A DNA stretch of 64,000 nt from Desulfobacteraceae bacterium (GCA_050124755.1 JASFER010000001.1:2391-66390); one strand, 5' to 3'; positions 8,623 to 18,516 are shown, numbered from the stretch's first letter. Made by a program: numbers and translations. Notes: generated by a model from the letters alone, not told the origin.

Positions 8623-8706
8623 AGAAAGCTGTTTAAGATTGGCATAGGTGTTCGATGCTGTTCTAACAACTAGTTGTTGACCCGCTCAATCGAGAGGAAA
8701 CTCCCC

Positions 8707-9336
8707 ATGGCTCAGGCTGCAGAGGCGTTGACGGTTCCCACCCCCACTTTTGGCAACGATACACGCGCTCTATTGCTCATGGCATCTGCGTTGGGACTGA
8801 AAGATAAGTATACCCATGCCCATGCCCACCGTGTGGCGGCCTATTCTAAAAGATTGGCCATTCGCGCAGGTCTTCCCATGCAGGAAGTGATGCAGGTGAC
8901 CATGGGTGGAATGCTGCACGACGTAGGCAAACTGGCGTTGAGTGATCGGATTTTCAGCAACCAAAAGGCGGCGCTGTCTCAAGAGATGCTTTGGGAGGTG
9001 CGCCATCATCCCATCATTGGTGCTGCGCTGCTGAAAAAAGTCGCCTGCGGCAAGACCATATCCGATGCCGTGCTCTTTCATCATGAGCGCATGGATGGCC
9101 GGGGCTACCCTTTTGGCCTTAAAGGGAATGCCATTCCACTGAGCGCCAAAATCGTCAGTATTGCCGATTGCTTCGACGCCATGACCACAGACCGCCCTTA
9201 TCAAAAGCGAAAAGAATGCAACGTGGCTATTTCAATGTTGGACGAGGCCTCGGGAACGAGTTTCTGCCAAGATCTAGTTGCTTTGTTTATCGACGAGATT
9301 CGATATAAGGGTATGGTTCATCATTTTATACCCTGA
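8707..9336 (+). CDS. Stand-alone HD-GYP domain phosphodiesterase (c-di-GMP specific family)
   Basis: Motifs HDVGKLAL and HHERMDGRGYPFGLKG are present. The ATG at 8707 follows GAGGA, although the ORF is open from 8674. The 3' end overlaps convergent panC by 11 nt. Confidence 0.8.
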   Translation: MAQAAEALTVPTPTFGNDTRALLLMASALGLKDKYTHAHAHRVAAYSKRLAIRAGLPMQEVMQVTMGGMLHDVGKLALSDRIFSNQKAALSQEMLWEVRHHPIIGAALLKKVACGKTISDAVLFHHERMDGRGYPFGLKGNAIPLSAKIVSIADCFDAMTTDRPYQKRKECNVAISMLDEASGTSFCQDLVALFIDEIRYKGMVHHFIP

Positions 9337-10174
9337 TTCTAATATTATCGATCAATCGCGTGCCGCTCAGTTTTACGGCTATAGCGATCAGGATTTCGCC
9401 ATCCAACCAAGAGACGTCTGACAGGGTTTGCGCATCCACAATGGCGATGTAATCGATGACGGCGTCCGGCACTGCACGAATGTTTGCTTCGATGTGCCGG
9501 AGAATCGCTTCAGCTTGGCGTTCACCTTTACTGATCATATCCCGTGCTTTAAAGAGCGATTGGGAGAGCACCACTGCATCGGCTCGATGTTGAGGAGACA
9601 AGTAGGTGTTGCGTGAACTCATGGCCAAACCGTCGGCTTCTCGAACGATAGGGCATACAACCACTTCCAGGTCGAAGTCCAGGTCTTTGACCATTTGTTG
9701 GATGATGGCTACTTGCTGGGCATCTTTTTGACCGAAATAGGCCCTGTCCGGAGACACCAAATGAAATAGTTTTGTGACGATGGTGGTGACACCGCGAAAA
9801 TGGACGGGCCTTGATCTTCCGCACAACACCTGGCTCATGGGGCCTTCAACGTTCACATAAGTGGTATAACCTTCCGGATAAAGCTGCTCAATGCTTGGAA
9901 AATAGGCCAAGTCCACATTCTCCGCGGCCATCAGCGCTTTGTCTCGCGCGAAATCCCGGGGATAGGCATCAAGATCTTCATTGGGGCCGAATTGGGTGGG
10001 ATTGACAAAAATGCTCACCACAACCACGTCATTGTCCTGCCGGGCTTGGCGCATCAATGACAGGTGACCCTCGTGAAGGTATCCCATGGTGGGTACAAAT
10101 CCAATGGACTGCCCTTTCCGGCGGGCTTTTTTAACGGCCTTGCGCAGTTCACTATTTGCTTCAATGATCTCCAT
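9326..10174 (-). CDS. panC: Pantoate--beta-alanine ligase
   Basis: The motif PTMGYLHEGHLSL and the overall PanC pattern are present. Confidence 0.9.
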   Translation of the reverse strand: MEIIEANSELRKAVKKARRKGQSIGFVPTMGYLHEGHLSLMRQARQDNDVVVVSIFVNPTQFGPNEDLDAYPRDFARDKALMAAENVDLAYFPSIEQLYPEGYTTYVNVEGPMSQVLCGRSRPVHFRGVTTIVTKLFHLVSPDRAYFGQKDAQQVAIIQQMVKDLDFDLEVVVCPIVREADGLAMSSRNTYLSPQHRADAVVLSQSLFKARDMISKGERQAEAILRHIEANIRAVPDAVIDYIAIVDAQTLSDVSWLDGEILIAIAVKLSGTRLIDNIRIRV

Positions 10175-10223
10175 TCAACCAAGCTCCATTCTCTTAGACG
10201 GCAATTAAACCTAATTTAGGGGG

Positions 10224-11060
10224 TTAACGCAATTTTGCCAGCAATTCTTCATCCATGTGGAACGTGTGCTCTTCGGCAGGAAAGGTACTTTTGCGGACTT
10301 CATCGATATATTGTTTAACAGCGGAAACAGTTGCGTCGCCGCCGGAGGTGTACGTTTTGACAAACTTGGGTCTCATCTGGCGAAACATACCCAGCAAATC
10401 CTGAATCACCAATACCTGACCGTCGCACTGGGCACCGGCACCGATACCAATGGTAGGGATATCGAGTTTTTCAGTAATGATGCGGGCCAGACCGTCGGGG
10501 ACGCACTCCAGCACGATACCAAAAACACCGGCATCCTGCAGCAATAAGGCATCATCGATAATTTTACGGGCGGTTTCCAGATCTTTGCCCTGCAGCCTGA
10601 AACCTCCCATGGCGTTCACAGATTGAGGGGTTAGCCCTAGATGACCCAGAACGGGGATCTGCGCTTTGAGAATAGCTCTGGTTTTATCGATAATCGATTG
10701 GCCGCCCTCTAATTTGACGGCTTGTGCGCCGCCCTCTTGCACCAAGCGGCCGGCATTGCGCACGGCCTCTTCCGTGCTGACATGATAGGAGAGAAAAGGC
10801 ATGTCTCCGATCAAAAAAGCGTTAGAAGTACCACGGGCCACTGCTTTGGTGTGGTGGATCATGTCATCCATGGTTACCTTGAGCGTATTCTCGTATCCCA
10901 ACATCACCATGCCCAGCGAGTCACCCACCAACAGGCAATCCACACCTGCTTCATCCAGCAGTGAGGCGGTTGTGTAATCGTAAGCGGTCAGCATGGTGAT
11001 GCGTTCGCCCTTTTCTTTGGCGGATTTGAAGGATTGGATCGTAAATTGGGTTCCAGCCAT
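10224..11060 (-). CDS. panB: 3-methyl-2-oxobutanoate hydroxymethyltransferase
   Basis: Typical PanB sequence: MLTAYDY, LVGDSLGMV, KLEGG. Confidence 0.9.
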   Translation of the reverse strand: MAGTQFTIQSFKSAKEKGERITMLTAYDYTTASLLDEAGVDCLLVGDSLGMVMLGYENTLKVTMDDMIHHTKAVARGTSNAFLIGDMPFLSYHVSTEEAVRNAGRLVQEGGAQAVKLEGGQSIIDKTRAILKAQIPVLGHLGLTPQSVNAMGGFRLQGKDLETARKIIDDALLLQDAGVFGIVLECVPDGLARIITEKLDIPTIGIGAGAQCDGQVLVIQDLLGMFRQMRPKFVKTYTSGGDATVSAVKQYIDEVRKSTFPAEEHTFHMDEELLAKLR

Positions 11061-11074
11061 GATAGCATTCCTTT

Positions 11075-11944
11075 CTATTTCTTTTTCAACAATTGTTTGA
11101 TCGCAGCCGCCTGATCCGTTGCTTGCAGCGTTTCTTTAGTGGCTAGATCAAGGGTTTTCAACCCTAAAAACACATAGATCGATTTAATATCGTCCAAGCC
11201 CTGCCTGTTTAGGGCTTCCAAGTGCTTTTCAATAGTACCCCTATCGCCACGGGCGATGGGGCCGGTGAGGGCGCGGGCCGGCCCCAATTGGGCAATGTTG
11301 GCCAGTGTGCCGTCAATGAGCGGACGCATGGCCTGAAAGCCTTCCTGGGGATCGATGCCGGCGTTTTCTAAAGCACAGATGCCGCTCGCCATAAGGGTCA
11401 CCAAATAGTTGGATAAAACACAGGCAGACAGATGGTAAAGGCTTTTGTATTCAGCGGATAGGGTAAAATATGGATTGCCGATTTGGGAGAGTAGCTCCAA
11501 TATGGGTTCCAGACCGGTTTTATCTCCTTCGATGCTGAAGTAGGTATTGGGCAGATCGGCCAAAGCTTTTTCTTCATCGGCAAAGGCCTGCAGCGGATGC
11601 AGGCTGAAGACTTTCGCCCCTCGATGCCGGGCTTCGGCTAATATGCTTGAGCTATGTGACCCGCTCATGTGCCCCACCAGATGCCGGGGTCCGATGCAAT
11701 TTTGCCGGCATAGCTCACGGCACATGTCGGCGATTTGATCGTCCCGCGTGGTGATGAGTAAGATGTCGCTTTGGGTTGCCACCGCAGCGCCGTTTGGAAA
11801 GGATCGGCTTTGGGTGCTGCCGGCGGCATGGGCCACTTTTTCCGGATGGCGGTCGAAGTATCCGCTGATAAATAGGCCTTTGCTGTGCAGATAGCGGCCA
11901 AAAGCCGTGGCCACCTTTCCGGCACCGATGAAACCAATGCGCAT
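11075..11944 (-). CDS. Rossmann-fold / DUF2520-type oxidoreductase, a candidate PanG-type ketopantoate reductase
   Basis: MRIGFIGAGKVATAFG (GxGxxG) sits at the predicted start (M37 of the track ORF). The C-terminal region LTGPIARGD is typical of DUF2520. The gene is immediately upstream of panB-panC on the same strand. Confidence 0.6.
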   Translation of the reverse strand: MRIGFIGAGKVATAFGRYLHSKGLFISGYFDRHPEKVAHAAGSTQSRSFPNGAAVATQSDILLITTRDDQIADMCRELCRQNCIGPRHLVGHMSGSHSSSILAEARHRGAKVFSLHPLQAFADEEKALADLPNTYFSIEGDKTGLEPILELLSQIGNPYFTLSAEYKSLYHLSACVLSNYLVTLMASGICALENAGIDPQEGFQAMRPLIDGTLANIAQLGPARALTGPIARGDRGTIEKHLEALNRQGLDDIKSIYVFLGLKTLDLATKETLQATDQAAAIKQLLKKK

Positions 11945-12201
11945 TGTTTGTTCTCCGTAGAATAATCGATAATCAGTAGGATAGTCATGGTGGGTCGACG
12001 GCGTCAAGCAATAGAACCGGCAGGAATTGAAAAAATCGGGTTTCGTGTCCAAGTTGATGGCGTTTAACCTTTTCCTGTATCACCGGTGGTGATATAATCT
12101 TTTGAAATTTCGACCTTCTTGATTGTTCAAGAAAATTCAAGTGGCAATTGCCGACTTTTGTAGCGGTCATGTGCGATTAGCAGAGAGTTTTCGTTTAGGC
12201 G

Positions 12202-13923
12202 ATGGATGATTATACCCTCAGATTCGATGCACCATCCGGATTCCATGTCATCGGAAAGGGATCTCTTGGAGGAAAAGCCAGGGGCTTGGCCTTTCTCCAT
12301 GGATTGTTGCACACATCCTCCCAATTAAAAGATGATTTCCCGGATGTGAAAATCGGCATTCCCAAAACATTGGTTATTGCCAGTTCGGTATTTGTTGCTT
12401 TTGTTTCAGAAAATGGCTTGGCATCTTTGAGCCGTGAAGATATTGCCGATGAACTTGTGGCTTCGGAATTCTTGAAGGGGCATTTGCCGCTCCAGCTTAA
12501 AACCGCTCTTCGCAGCTACTTGGAAGATCATCAATATCCTCTGGCAGTGCGCTCTTCGGGAATGTTTGAGGATGCCCGCAACCATTCATATGCAGGTTTA
12601 TACCACACATATATGCTTTCCAATGATCAGCCTGACACCGATATTCGTCTGGACAACCTGGTGCAAGCCATCAAGCTGGTTTTTGCATCCACATTTTATC
12701 AAGGACCCAAGGCCTATGCCAAGCGGGTTGGACATCGATTAGAAACCGGCCGGATGGCTGTGATCATTCAACAAGTCGCGGGCACGTCCCATGGGAATTA
12801 TTACTACCCGGCTATCTCAGGAGTGGCTCAGTCCCGCAATTACTACCCCCCGGTGGGTATGAAGCCGGAGGAGGGGGTCGCCACCATTGCCTTGGGATTG
12901 GGAAAGCAGGTGGTGTCAGGAGAGAGGGCCTTACGATTTTGTCCGAAATATCCAAAACGCTTGCTCCAAAGAAGCAGTGTGGAACAGATGTTGGCGTATT
13001 CCCAGCGTCGTTTTTATGCTTTACAGATGAATGCACCAAATGCATTGGGTACCAACGGCAGCGACCATGTCGTTCGGCGATTGATCAATGATGCCGTTGA
13101 TGATGCTCCCGTTAAACAGTTGGCTGGAACGTATGTGTTGGCTGAACACCGCATTAAGGACACCGCTCAAATCGAAGGGCCAAAGGTGCTGACATTTGCC
13201 GGTGTGCTCAAATATGATCTTTTCCCGTTATCAAATATTTTGATTGAATTTCTCGCATTGGGAGAAGCCTCTTTGAATGTGCCGGTAGAAATGGAGTTTG
13301 CCGCGGATATAGCTTCATCAAAAGACAATGCTTCCCGGTTTTATCTGCTTCAAATGCGCCCGATGACGGCTTCCAAGGCAAACGTCAAGGTCACCATCAG
13401 CCCGGAAGAGCAAAGCGCGTCGCTTTGCTACACCCGGCATGCCATGGGAAATCATGACCGTCAGCACATCTCAGAGATTGTATACGTCAAGCCCGATGAT
13501 TTCGATCCTGCAAAAACCCGCGCTATCGCCAGACAGGTGGCGGAGATCAACGCTCATGTCGAAGGCCGGTTTCGCCGATATCTACTGGTGGGGCCGGGGC
13601 GATGGGGCTCTGCAGATCCATGGCTGGGGATTCCGGTCCGCTGGGCGGATATTTCCAATGTGGCGGCGATCATAGAGACGGTATCGGAGAAACTCAACGT
13701 GGAACCTTCCATCGGCACCCATTTTTTTCACAATCTGGTTTCATTGGGCATCAGTTATTTGAGTGTAACCGTGGGGGAACCCGATCATTTTAACTGGGAT
13801 TGGTTAATCCGGCAGAAGGTGAAGCAGGAGACGGAATTCGTCGCCCGTGTAGAATTGGTCGAATCCATTTCGCTAAAAGTTGATGGAAGAACTTCAACCG
13901 GAGTAATACTGGTAGCGCAATGA
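12202..13923 (+). CDS. PEP/pyruvate-binding (PPDK_N-like ATP-grasp) domain protein without a recognisable phosphohistidine swivel domain
   Basis: The N-terminus has GKGSLGGKARGLAFL and LAVRSSGMFED. The C-terminal 240 aa contain GPGRWGSADPWLGIPVRW but no TSH-type phosphohistidine motif. Confidence 0.65.
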   Translation: MDDYTLRFDAPSGFHVIGKGSLGGKARGLAFLHGLLHTSSQLKDDFPDVKIGIPKTLVIASSVFVAFVSENGLASLSREDIADELVASEFLKGHLPLQLKTALRSYLEDHQYPLAVRSSGMFEDARNHSYAGLYHTYMLSNDQPDTDIRLDNLVQAIKLVFASTFYQGPKAYAKRVGHRLETGRMAVIIQQVAGTSHGNYYYPAISGVAQSRNYYPPVGMKPEEGVATIALGLGKQVVSGERALRFCPKYPKRLLQRSSVEQMLAYSQRRFYALQMNAPNALGTNGSDHVVRRLINDAVDDAPVKQLAGTYVLAEHRIKDTAQIEGPKVLTFAGVLKYDLFPLSNILIEFLALGEASLNVPVEMEFAADIASSKDNASRFYLLQMRPMTASKANVKVTISPEEQSASLCYTRHAMGNHDRQHISEIVYVKPDDFDPAKTRAIARQVAEINAHVEGRFRRYLLVGPGRWGSADPWLGIPVRWADISNVAAIIETVSEKLNVEPSIGTHFFHNLVSLGISYLSVTVGEPDHFNWDWLIRQKVKQETEFVARVELVESISLKVDGRTSTGVILVAQ

Positions 13924-14010
13924 AGCTGTTTTAAGCATATATTGCATAAAATAACGGTATGTTTCGTATTATTAAAGGTAGTTCTTAATTTTTTTGGAAA
14001 GGACATCTCC

Positions 14011-15360
14011 ATGAACCAGATTATTCAGCTCGTTAAAGACAAAGACCCTGAGCAAAGAGAATTTCATCAGGCCGTAACCGAGGTCGTCGAGACGATATCG
14101 GCGGTGATGGACCAGAATCCGGAATACCGAAGCGCCAAGATACTGGAACGTCTGGTGGAACCGGAACGGGTCATTCACTTCCGTGTCCCATGGGTTGATG
14201 ACCAAGGTGATATCCATGTCAACCGGGGGTTCCGCGTAGAGATGAACAGTGCTATTGGGCCTTACAAAGGTGGTTTGCGGTTCCATCCCTCCGTTAATTT
14301 GGGCATCCTCAAATTCCTGGCATTTGAACAAGTGTTCAAGAATGCCTTGACGACTTTGCCCATGGGCGGCGGCAAAGGTGGATCGGATTTCGACCCCAAG
14401 GGTAAATCAGACAATGAAGTGATGCGTTTTTGCCAGAGTTTCATGGCCGAGTTGTTTCGCCATATCGGGCCAGATACCGATGTACCGGCCGGTGATATAG
14501 GCGTGGGAGCCAGGGAAATCGGCTATCTGTTCGGCATGTATAAGAAACTGCGTAATGAGTTTACCGGTGTGCTGACCGGCAAGAGCCTCAATTGGGGCGG
14601 CAGCTTGATACGGCCGGAGGCCACGGGGTACGGATCGGTATACTTTGCCGCCGAGATGCTGAACACACAGCAGAAAAGTTTTGAAGGCCTGACCTGCCTG
14701 GTATCCGGAGCCGGCAATGTGGCCCAGCATACTATGGAGAAACTGATAGCGATGGGTGCTATCCCGGTAACTTTTTCAGACTCCACCGGTTACATTTATG
14801 ATGAGGCCGGCGTTGATGAGGAAAAGCTGGCCTATATCAAAGAACTGAAGAACATGCGGCGCGGTCGGGTCAGCGAATACGTTGATCAATATGCGGATGC
14901 CGTATACACAGATCTGGATCTCCAGGCGGATAAAAATCCATTATGGAATCATAAGGCGGACTGCGCCTTTCCCAGCGCAACACAAAATGAAATTAGCGCC
15001 GTTGACGCTCAGAATATGGTGAATAACGGTGTTTTTTTGGTCTGCGAGGGCGCCAATATGCCCACCGTACCCGAAGGCATTGATATCTTTTTGGACAACA
15101 ACGTGCTTTTCGGACCGGGTAAAGCGGCCAATGCCGGCGGCGTTTCCGTTTCAGGCCTGGAGATGACACAGAACAGCATGCGTCTGTCCTGGACCCGTGA
15201 AGAGGTGGACCAGCGCCTCCGGATGATCATGAAGAGCATCCACCAGACCTGCATCGATGCATCGATGCAGTATAACATGCCGGGTAATTATGTGGCTGGG
15301 GCCAATATTGCGGGATTTGTTAAAGTGGTGGATGCCATGATCGATCAGGGTGTGGTCTAA
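14011..15360 (+). CDS. gdhA: NADP-specific glutamate dehydrogenase
   Basis: Motifs LPMGGGKGGSDFDPKGKS, VPAGDIGVG and GANMPT are present. The start was chosen at M24 of the track ORF (MNQIIQLVKDK...). Confidence 0.9.
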   Translation: MNQIIQLVKDKDPEQREFHQAVTEVVETISAVMDQNPEYRSAKILERLVEPERVIHFRVPWVDDQGDIHVNRGFRVEMNSAIGPYKGGLRFHPSVNLGILKFLAFEQVFKNALTTLPMGGGKGGSDFDPKGKSDNEVMRFCQSFMAELFRHIGPDTDVPAGDIGVGAREIGYLFGMYKKLRNEFTGVLTGKSLNWGGSLIRPEATGYGSVYFAAEMLNTQQKSFEGLTCLVSGAGNVAQHTMEKLIAMGAIPVTFSDSTGYIYDEAGVDEEKLAYIKELKNMRRGRVSEYVDQYADAVYTDLDLQADKNPLWNHKADCAFPSATQNEISAVDAQNMVNNGVFLVCEGANMPTVPEGIDIFLDNNVLFGPGKAANAGGVSVSGLEMTQNSMRLSWTREEVDQRLRMIMKSIHQTCIDASMQYNMPGNYVAGANIAGFVKVVDAMIDQGVV

Positions 15361-15425
15361 TATAGTATTATTCATTTTCCCGGTTATCCATAAAGCTCAA
15401 GTTGCAGGTATCGGATTTTATGCCA

Positions 15426-15450
15426 GGCCGGCGCAGAGGCCGGCCCTACG
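15426..15450 (-). repeat. REP-like GC-rich hairpin, copy 1
   Basis: GGCCGGCGCAGAGGCCGGCCCTACG is the reverse complement of 61300..61324 at 24/25 positions. A second, unrelated hairpin, GGTCGGGCTCTGTCCCGACC, lies at 15493..15512. Confidence 0.75.
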
Positions 15451-15557
15451 CTAATCACTCCGATCCCTGGCGTTTTGAGGGTTCCCGCGCAGGGTCGGGC
15501 TCTGTCCCGACCGGTGGGGATAAACCCTGCTTGCTTAATCTTTCAAGATAACCGCGT

Positions 15558-17573
15558 TCATTTTTTCAATTGAATGGCATGATCAGCCATGTCGCATATT
15601 TCGCCAAACTGGAAGCGGGCGGCCAGCTTTTTCAATAAACCGCCAATGGATGGATGGGTGGATTGAATCTGATAGATGCAATCGTTGATTTTTTTCATGT
15701 CAAGCATTAAAGCGCTCTGTCTTAACTGATTGAGAAGGGGGGGGGATATTTCAGACAAAGCCTCTATTGTCACATGGGAATCATTCAATAACGGCTGAGA
15801 GTCTCTTTGGGGTGATTTATCTGAGAAGAATTTCAGGTTCAGATGCCTGGCCATGGCTGCAAATAGGGCGTCCTCCTCAAAAGGCTTGCGGATGAAGTCA
15901 TCGCATCCCGCCGAAAGAATTTCCTTGCGTTCTTCTTTATAAGCATGTGCGGTCAGGGCGATGATCGGAACTTTTCTTCCTTTTTCAGTGGCCTTGATAA
16001 TTTTGGTGGCAGCCTTTCCGTCCATGATCGGCATGCGGATGTCCATAAATATCAGGTGGGGCATCCACTTCAAAAAAAGCGCCACCGCTTTGCGGCCATC
16101 TTCTGCCTCCTTCACCTCGAATCCGACATCAAGCAACAGCCTGGTCAGCAGCAGTCGGCTGGTTTGATTATCATCAACGACCAGTATTCTTTTGGTGTCC
16201 TTTTCCGGATAAAAACCGATCATATGATGGGGTGAACCTTGGTCCCGTACATCAGCTTCAGTGGCCTGCCCGGCTAAGATGTGGAATGCAAAGCTGGCTC
16301 CTTTGCCTTGGCGATTGGCCGCTGAAATCTGGCCTCCCATCAGGTGCACAAAGTTACGGCTGATGGTCAATCCCAAACCTGAACCGCTGTCATCGGGTCC
16401 ATCTGTGCGCCCTTTGACAAAAGGTTCAAAAATTTTTTCCAGGAGCTTTGTTTCAATCCCCGGCCCAGTGTCCTGGACTTCAAAGAAAAGCTTGATGGGG
16501 TGGCGAACACCTAGCAGATTATCCGATTTTTGTTTTGTATCGACCGGGCGCGACCAAACCCTGATTTCAATGGATCCGCTCTCAACAAATTTCAGACTGT
16601 TGCCCACTAAATTGATGAGTATTTGTCTGAGCTTGCCCTCATCGCATTGGATATGGCTCGGTGTGTCCGGAGCCATTTTCAGCGAAAACGTCAGCCCTCG
16701 GGCAAGGGCCTTGCTTTTGAACATTTCAGCGGTCCTCCGCATAAAGCGGCAAAGGTCGATAACCGTGAGATTTAATGATTCCCGCCCCGCGTCGATTTTG
16801 GACATGTCCAGCACATCATTGATCAAGGTTAGCAGGTGCTTGCCGCTTTGATGAATCAACTCCAGGTTCTCAGCCTGTTTTTCAGTCAGGTTGGGGTCAC
16901 GGTCCATTAGCTGGCTAAAGCCCAATATGGCGTTGAGGGGGGTGCGCAGTTCATGGGACATGTGAGACAGGAACGTCCCTTTGGCTTCGTTGGCGGCCTC
17001 AGCCTGTTCTTTGGTTTGAGTCAGCTCCGCCGTTCGTTCTCTTACGATTTCTTCAAGTGTATCGAGTATATCGCCCAAATCGCGGTCGCTGATGTCCTCA
17101 TCCGGAAATAAAATCGACTCCAGTCTCAGCCGCAAAAGCTTTTCACTTTTGTGTATCCATTGAAGATCCAGGAAGGTTCTCACTTTTGATAGAAGTTCGA
17201 TTTCCTGGATCGGCTTTGCAATGAAGTCGACGCCACCGGCTTGAAAAGCCCGAACTCGGGTGGCCTTTTTTTCATAGGGCCCAATAAAGATGATGGGGAT
17301 ATCCTTACGGTCGCTTCTGCATTTGAGGTGTTGCCACACTTCAAATCCATCCACCGGCGGCATGTGTATATTGAGAATGATTAATTGCGGAGCGATTTGC
17401 CGAGCCGCTTGAAGCGCCGATTGGCTGTTATGGGCTGAACGTGCCCGGTAGCCGTGGCTTGTCAGCAACTTGGTCAGCCGATCCAGGTCATCCGATTCAT
17501 TGTCCACCACTAGAATATTAGCACCGCCGAGGCTGGTTGGTAACGCTTTTTGTTCGACTGATCCTGGATGCAT
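15558..17573 (-). CDS. Hybrid sensor histidine kinase with architecture (pseudo-)REC - HisKA - HATPase - REC - HPt
   Basis: H-box [13 protein letters not shown]-boxes DTGPGI and GSGLGL, a second REC ([11 protein letters not shown]) and a helical C-terminal HPt-like tail are present. The start was chosen at M8, which follows GAGGAG. Confidence 0.85.
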   Translation of the reverse strand: MHPGSVEQKALPTSLGGANILVVDNESDDLDRLTKLLTSHGYRARSAHNSQSALQAARQIAPQLIILNIHMPPVDGFEVWQHLKCRSDRKDIPIIFIGPYEKKATRVRAFQAGGVDFIAKPIQEIELLSKVRTFLDLQWIHKSEKLLRLRLESILFPDEDISDRDLGDILDTLEEIVRERTAELTQTKEQAEAANEAKGTFLSHMSHELRTPLNAILGFSQLMDRDPNLTEKQAENLELIHQSGKHLLTLINDVLDMSKIDAGRESLNLTVIDLCRFMRRTAEMFKSKALARGLTFSLKMAPDTPSHIQCDEGKLRQILINLVGNSLKFVESGSIEIRVWSRPVDTKQKSDNLLGVRHPIKLFFEVQDTGPGIETKLLEKIFEPFVKGRTDGPDDSGSGLGLTISRNFVHLMGGQISAANRQGKGASFAFHILAGQATEADVRDQGSPHHMIGFYPEKDTKRILVVDDNQTSRLLLTRLLLDVGFEVKEAEDGRKAVALFLKWMPHLIFMDIRMPIMDGKAATKIIKATEKGRKVPIIALTAHAYKEERKEILSAGCDDFIRKPFEEDALFAAMARHLNLKFFSDKSPQRDSQPLLNDSHVTIEALSEISPPLLNQLRQSALMLDMKKINDCIYQIQSTHPSIGGLLKKLAARFQFGEICDMADHAIQLKK

Positions 17574-17680
17574 GATTAAGATCTCCTCAAACACGATTGC
17601 AGCGAGCCGAACCGCGTGTGGCCATTTTTGCGAATACTACAAAAACCATCTTTTTTCTGCAAGTTTTCGTCAGTTCCACG

Positions 17681-18103
17681 TCATGAGTTAATCAATTTGT
17701 CATATGCTGCTTGAATCTCTTTAAAGCGTTGTTCAGCGAGCTTTTGGAATTCATCGCCCAAATGGGCCACTTTATCAGGGTGGTATTGGCTGGCCAGTTT
17801 GCGGTATGCCGCACGGATTTCCTTTTGATCGGCATCAGGAGGAATATTTAAAATTTCAAATGGTGTACGCACCGTTTTTTCGGCAGCCTGGCTGCTATTG
17901 GTATGTGATTGGTCGTCCGTATATTGCCGATCGCCAAAAGGAGGGGGGCCGGGGGTGCGGAATTGGCCGATTTTGGATAAGTACCTGAAGAGCAGTGCGA
18001 TGATGACAAGATCGTCCAACCAGCCAAGCGCATGCAGGCCTGGAATGAGGTCCCACGGCGAAAGCAGATAGATCAGGGCGAGTATGATCCAAATCCATTT
18101 CAT
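17681..18103 (-). CDS. Membrane-anchored protein with an N-terminal DUF1232-like (YkvA) region and a C-terminal J domain
   Basis: The N-terminus reads LSPWDLIPGLHALGWLDDLVI. The C-terminus reads FEILNIPPDADQKEIRAAYRKLASQYHPDK, which contains the HPD motif. Confidence 0.7.
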   Translation of the reverse strand: MKWIWIILALIYLLSPWDLIPGLHALGWLDDLVIIALLFRYLSKIGQFRTPGPPPFGDRQYTDDQSHTNSSQAAEKTVRTPFEILNIPPDADQKEIRAAYRKLASQYHPDKVAHLGDEFQKLAEQRFKEIQAAYDKLINS

Positions 18104-18120
18104 GGCTATCCATCCGTGAG

Positions 18121-18516
18121 TTACTCCCAGCGGTTTCCACCCTTATGGCGGAGGTCAATCACATCAACCTCCCCGCGATCGTTAATCAACATATTGAGGA
18201 GCCAGCTGACCAAACTGATGATCAAAGCGCCGAAAACAGCTGGCCAGAAGCCGTTCACCTCAAACCCGCCAATGACGCCGGAGGCCATTTTGAGCATGAC
18301 GGCGTTGATCACAAATGTGAATAATCCCAAGGAAAGTATATTGATGGGTAGCGTCAGGATTAATGCAATGGGCCGGAAGAAAGCGTTTAATATACCCAAT
18401 ATCGCCGCGGCACTGACGGCAGACATGAAGCCGCTGACCTGTATGCCTTCCAGCATGTATGAAGCCAACAATATGGCACCGGTCAATGTTAACCAGCGCA
18501 GCGCAATTCCGCGCAT
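18121..18516 (-). CDS. Small 4-TM membrane protein, 'phage holin 4 / DUF360'-like
   Basis: 131 aa. The pattern ...AAILGILNAFFRPIALILTLPINILSLGLFTFVINAVML... is typical of this family. Confidence 0.55.
   Translation of the reverse strand: MRGIALRWLTLTGAILLASYMLEGIQVSGFMSAVSAAAILGILNAFFRPIALILTLPINILSLGLFTFVINAVMLKMASGVIGGFEVNGFWPAVFGALIISLVSWLLNMLINDRGEVDVIDLRHKGGNRWE

Noticed and set aside
9326-9336. An 11-nt convergent 3' overlap between the HD-GYP gene and panC, considered as an antisense regulatory arrangement.
   Set aside because: Short convergent overlaps are common in compact genomes, and there is no additional structure or signal to support regulation.
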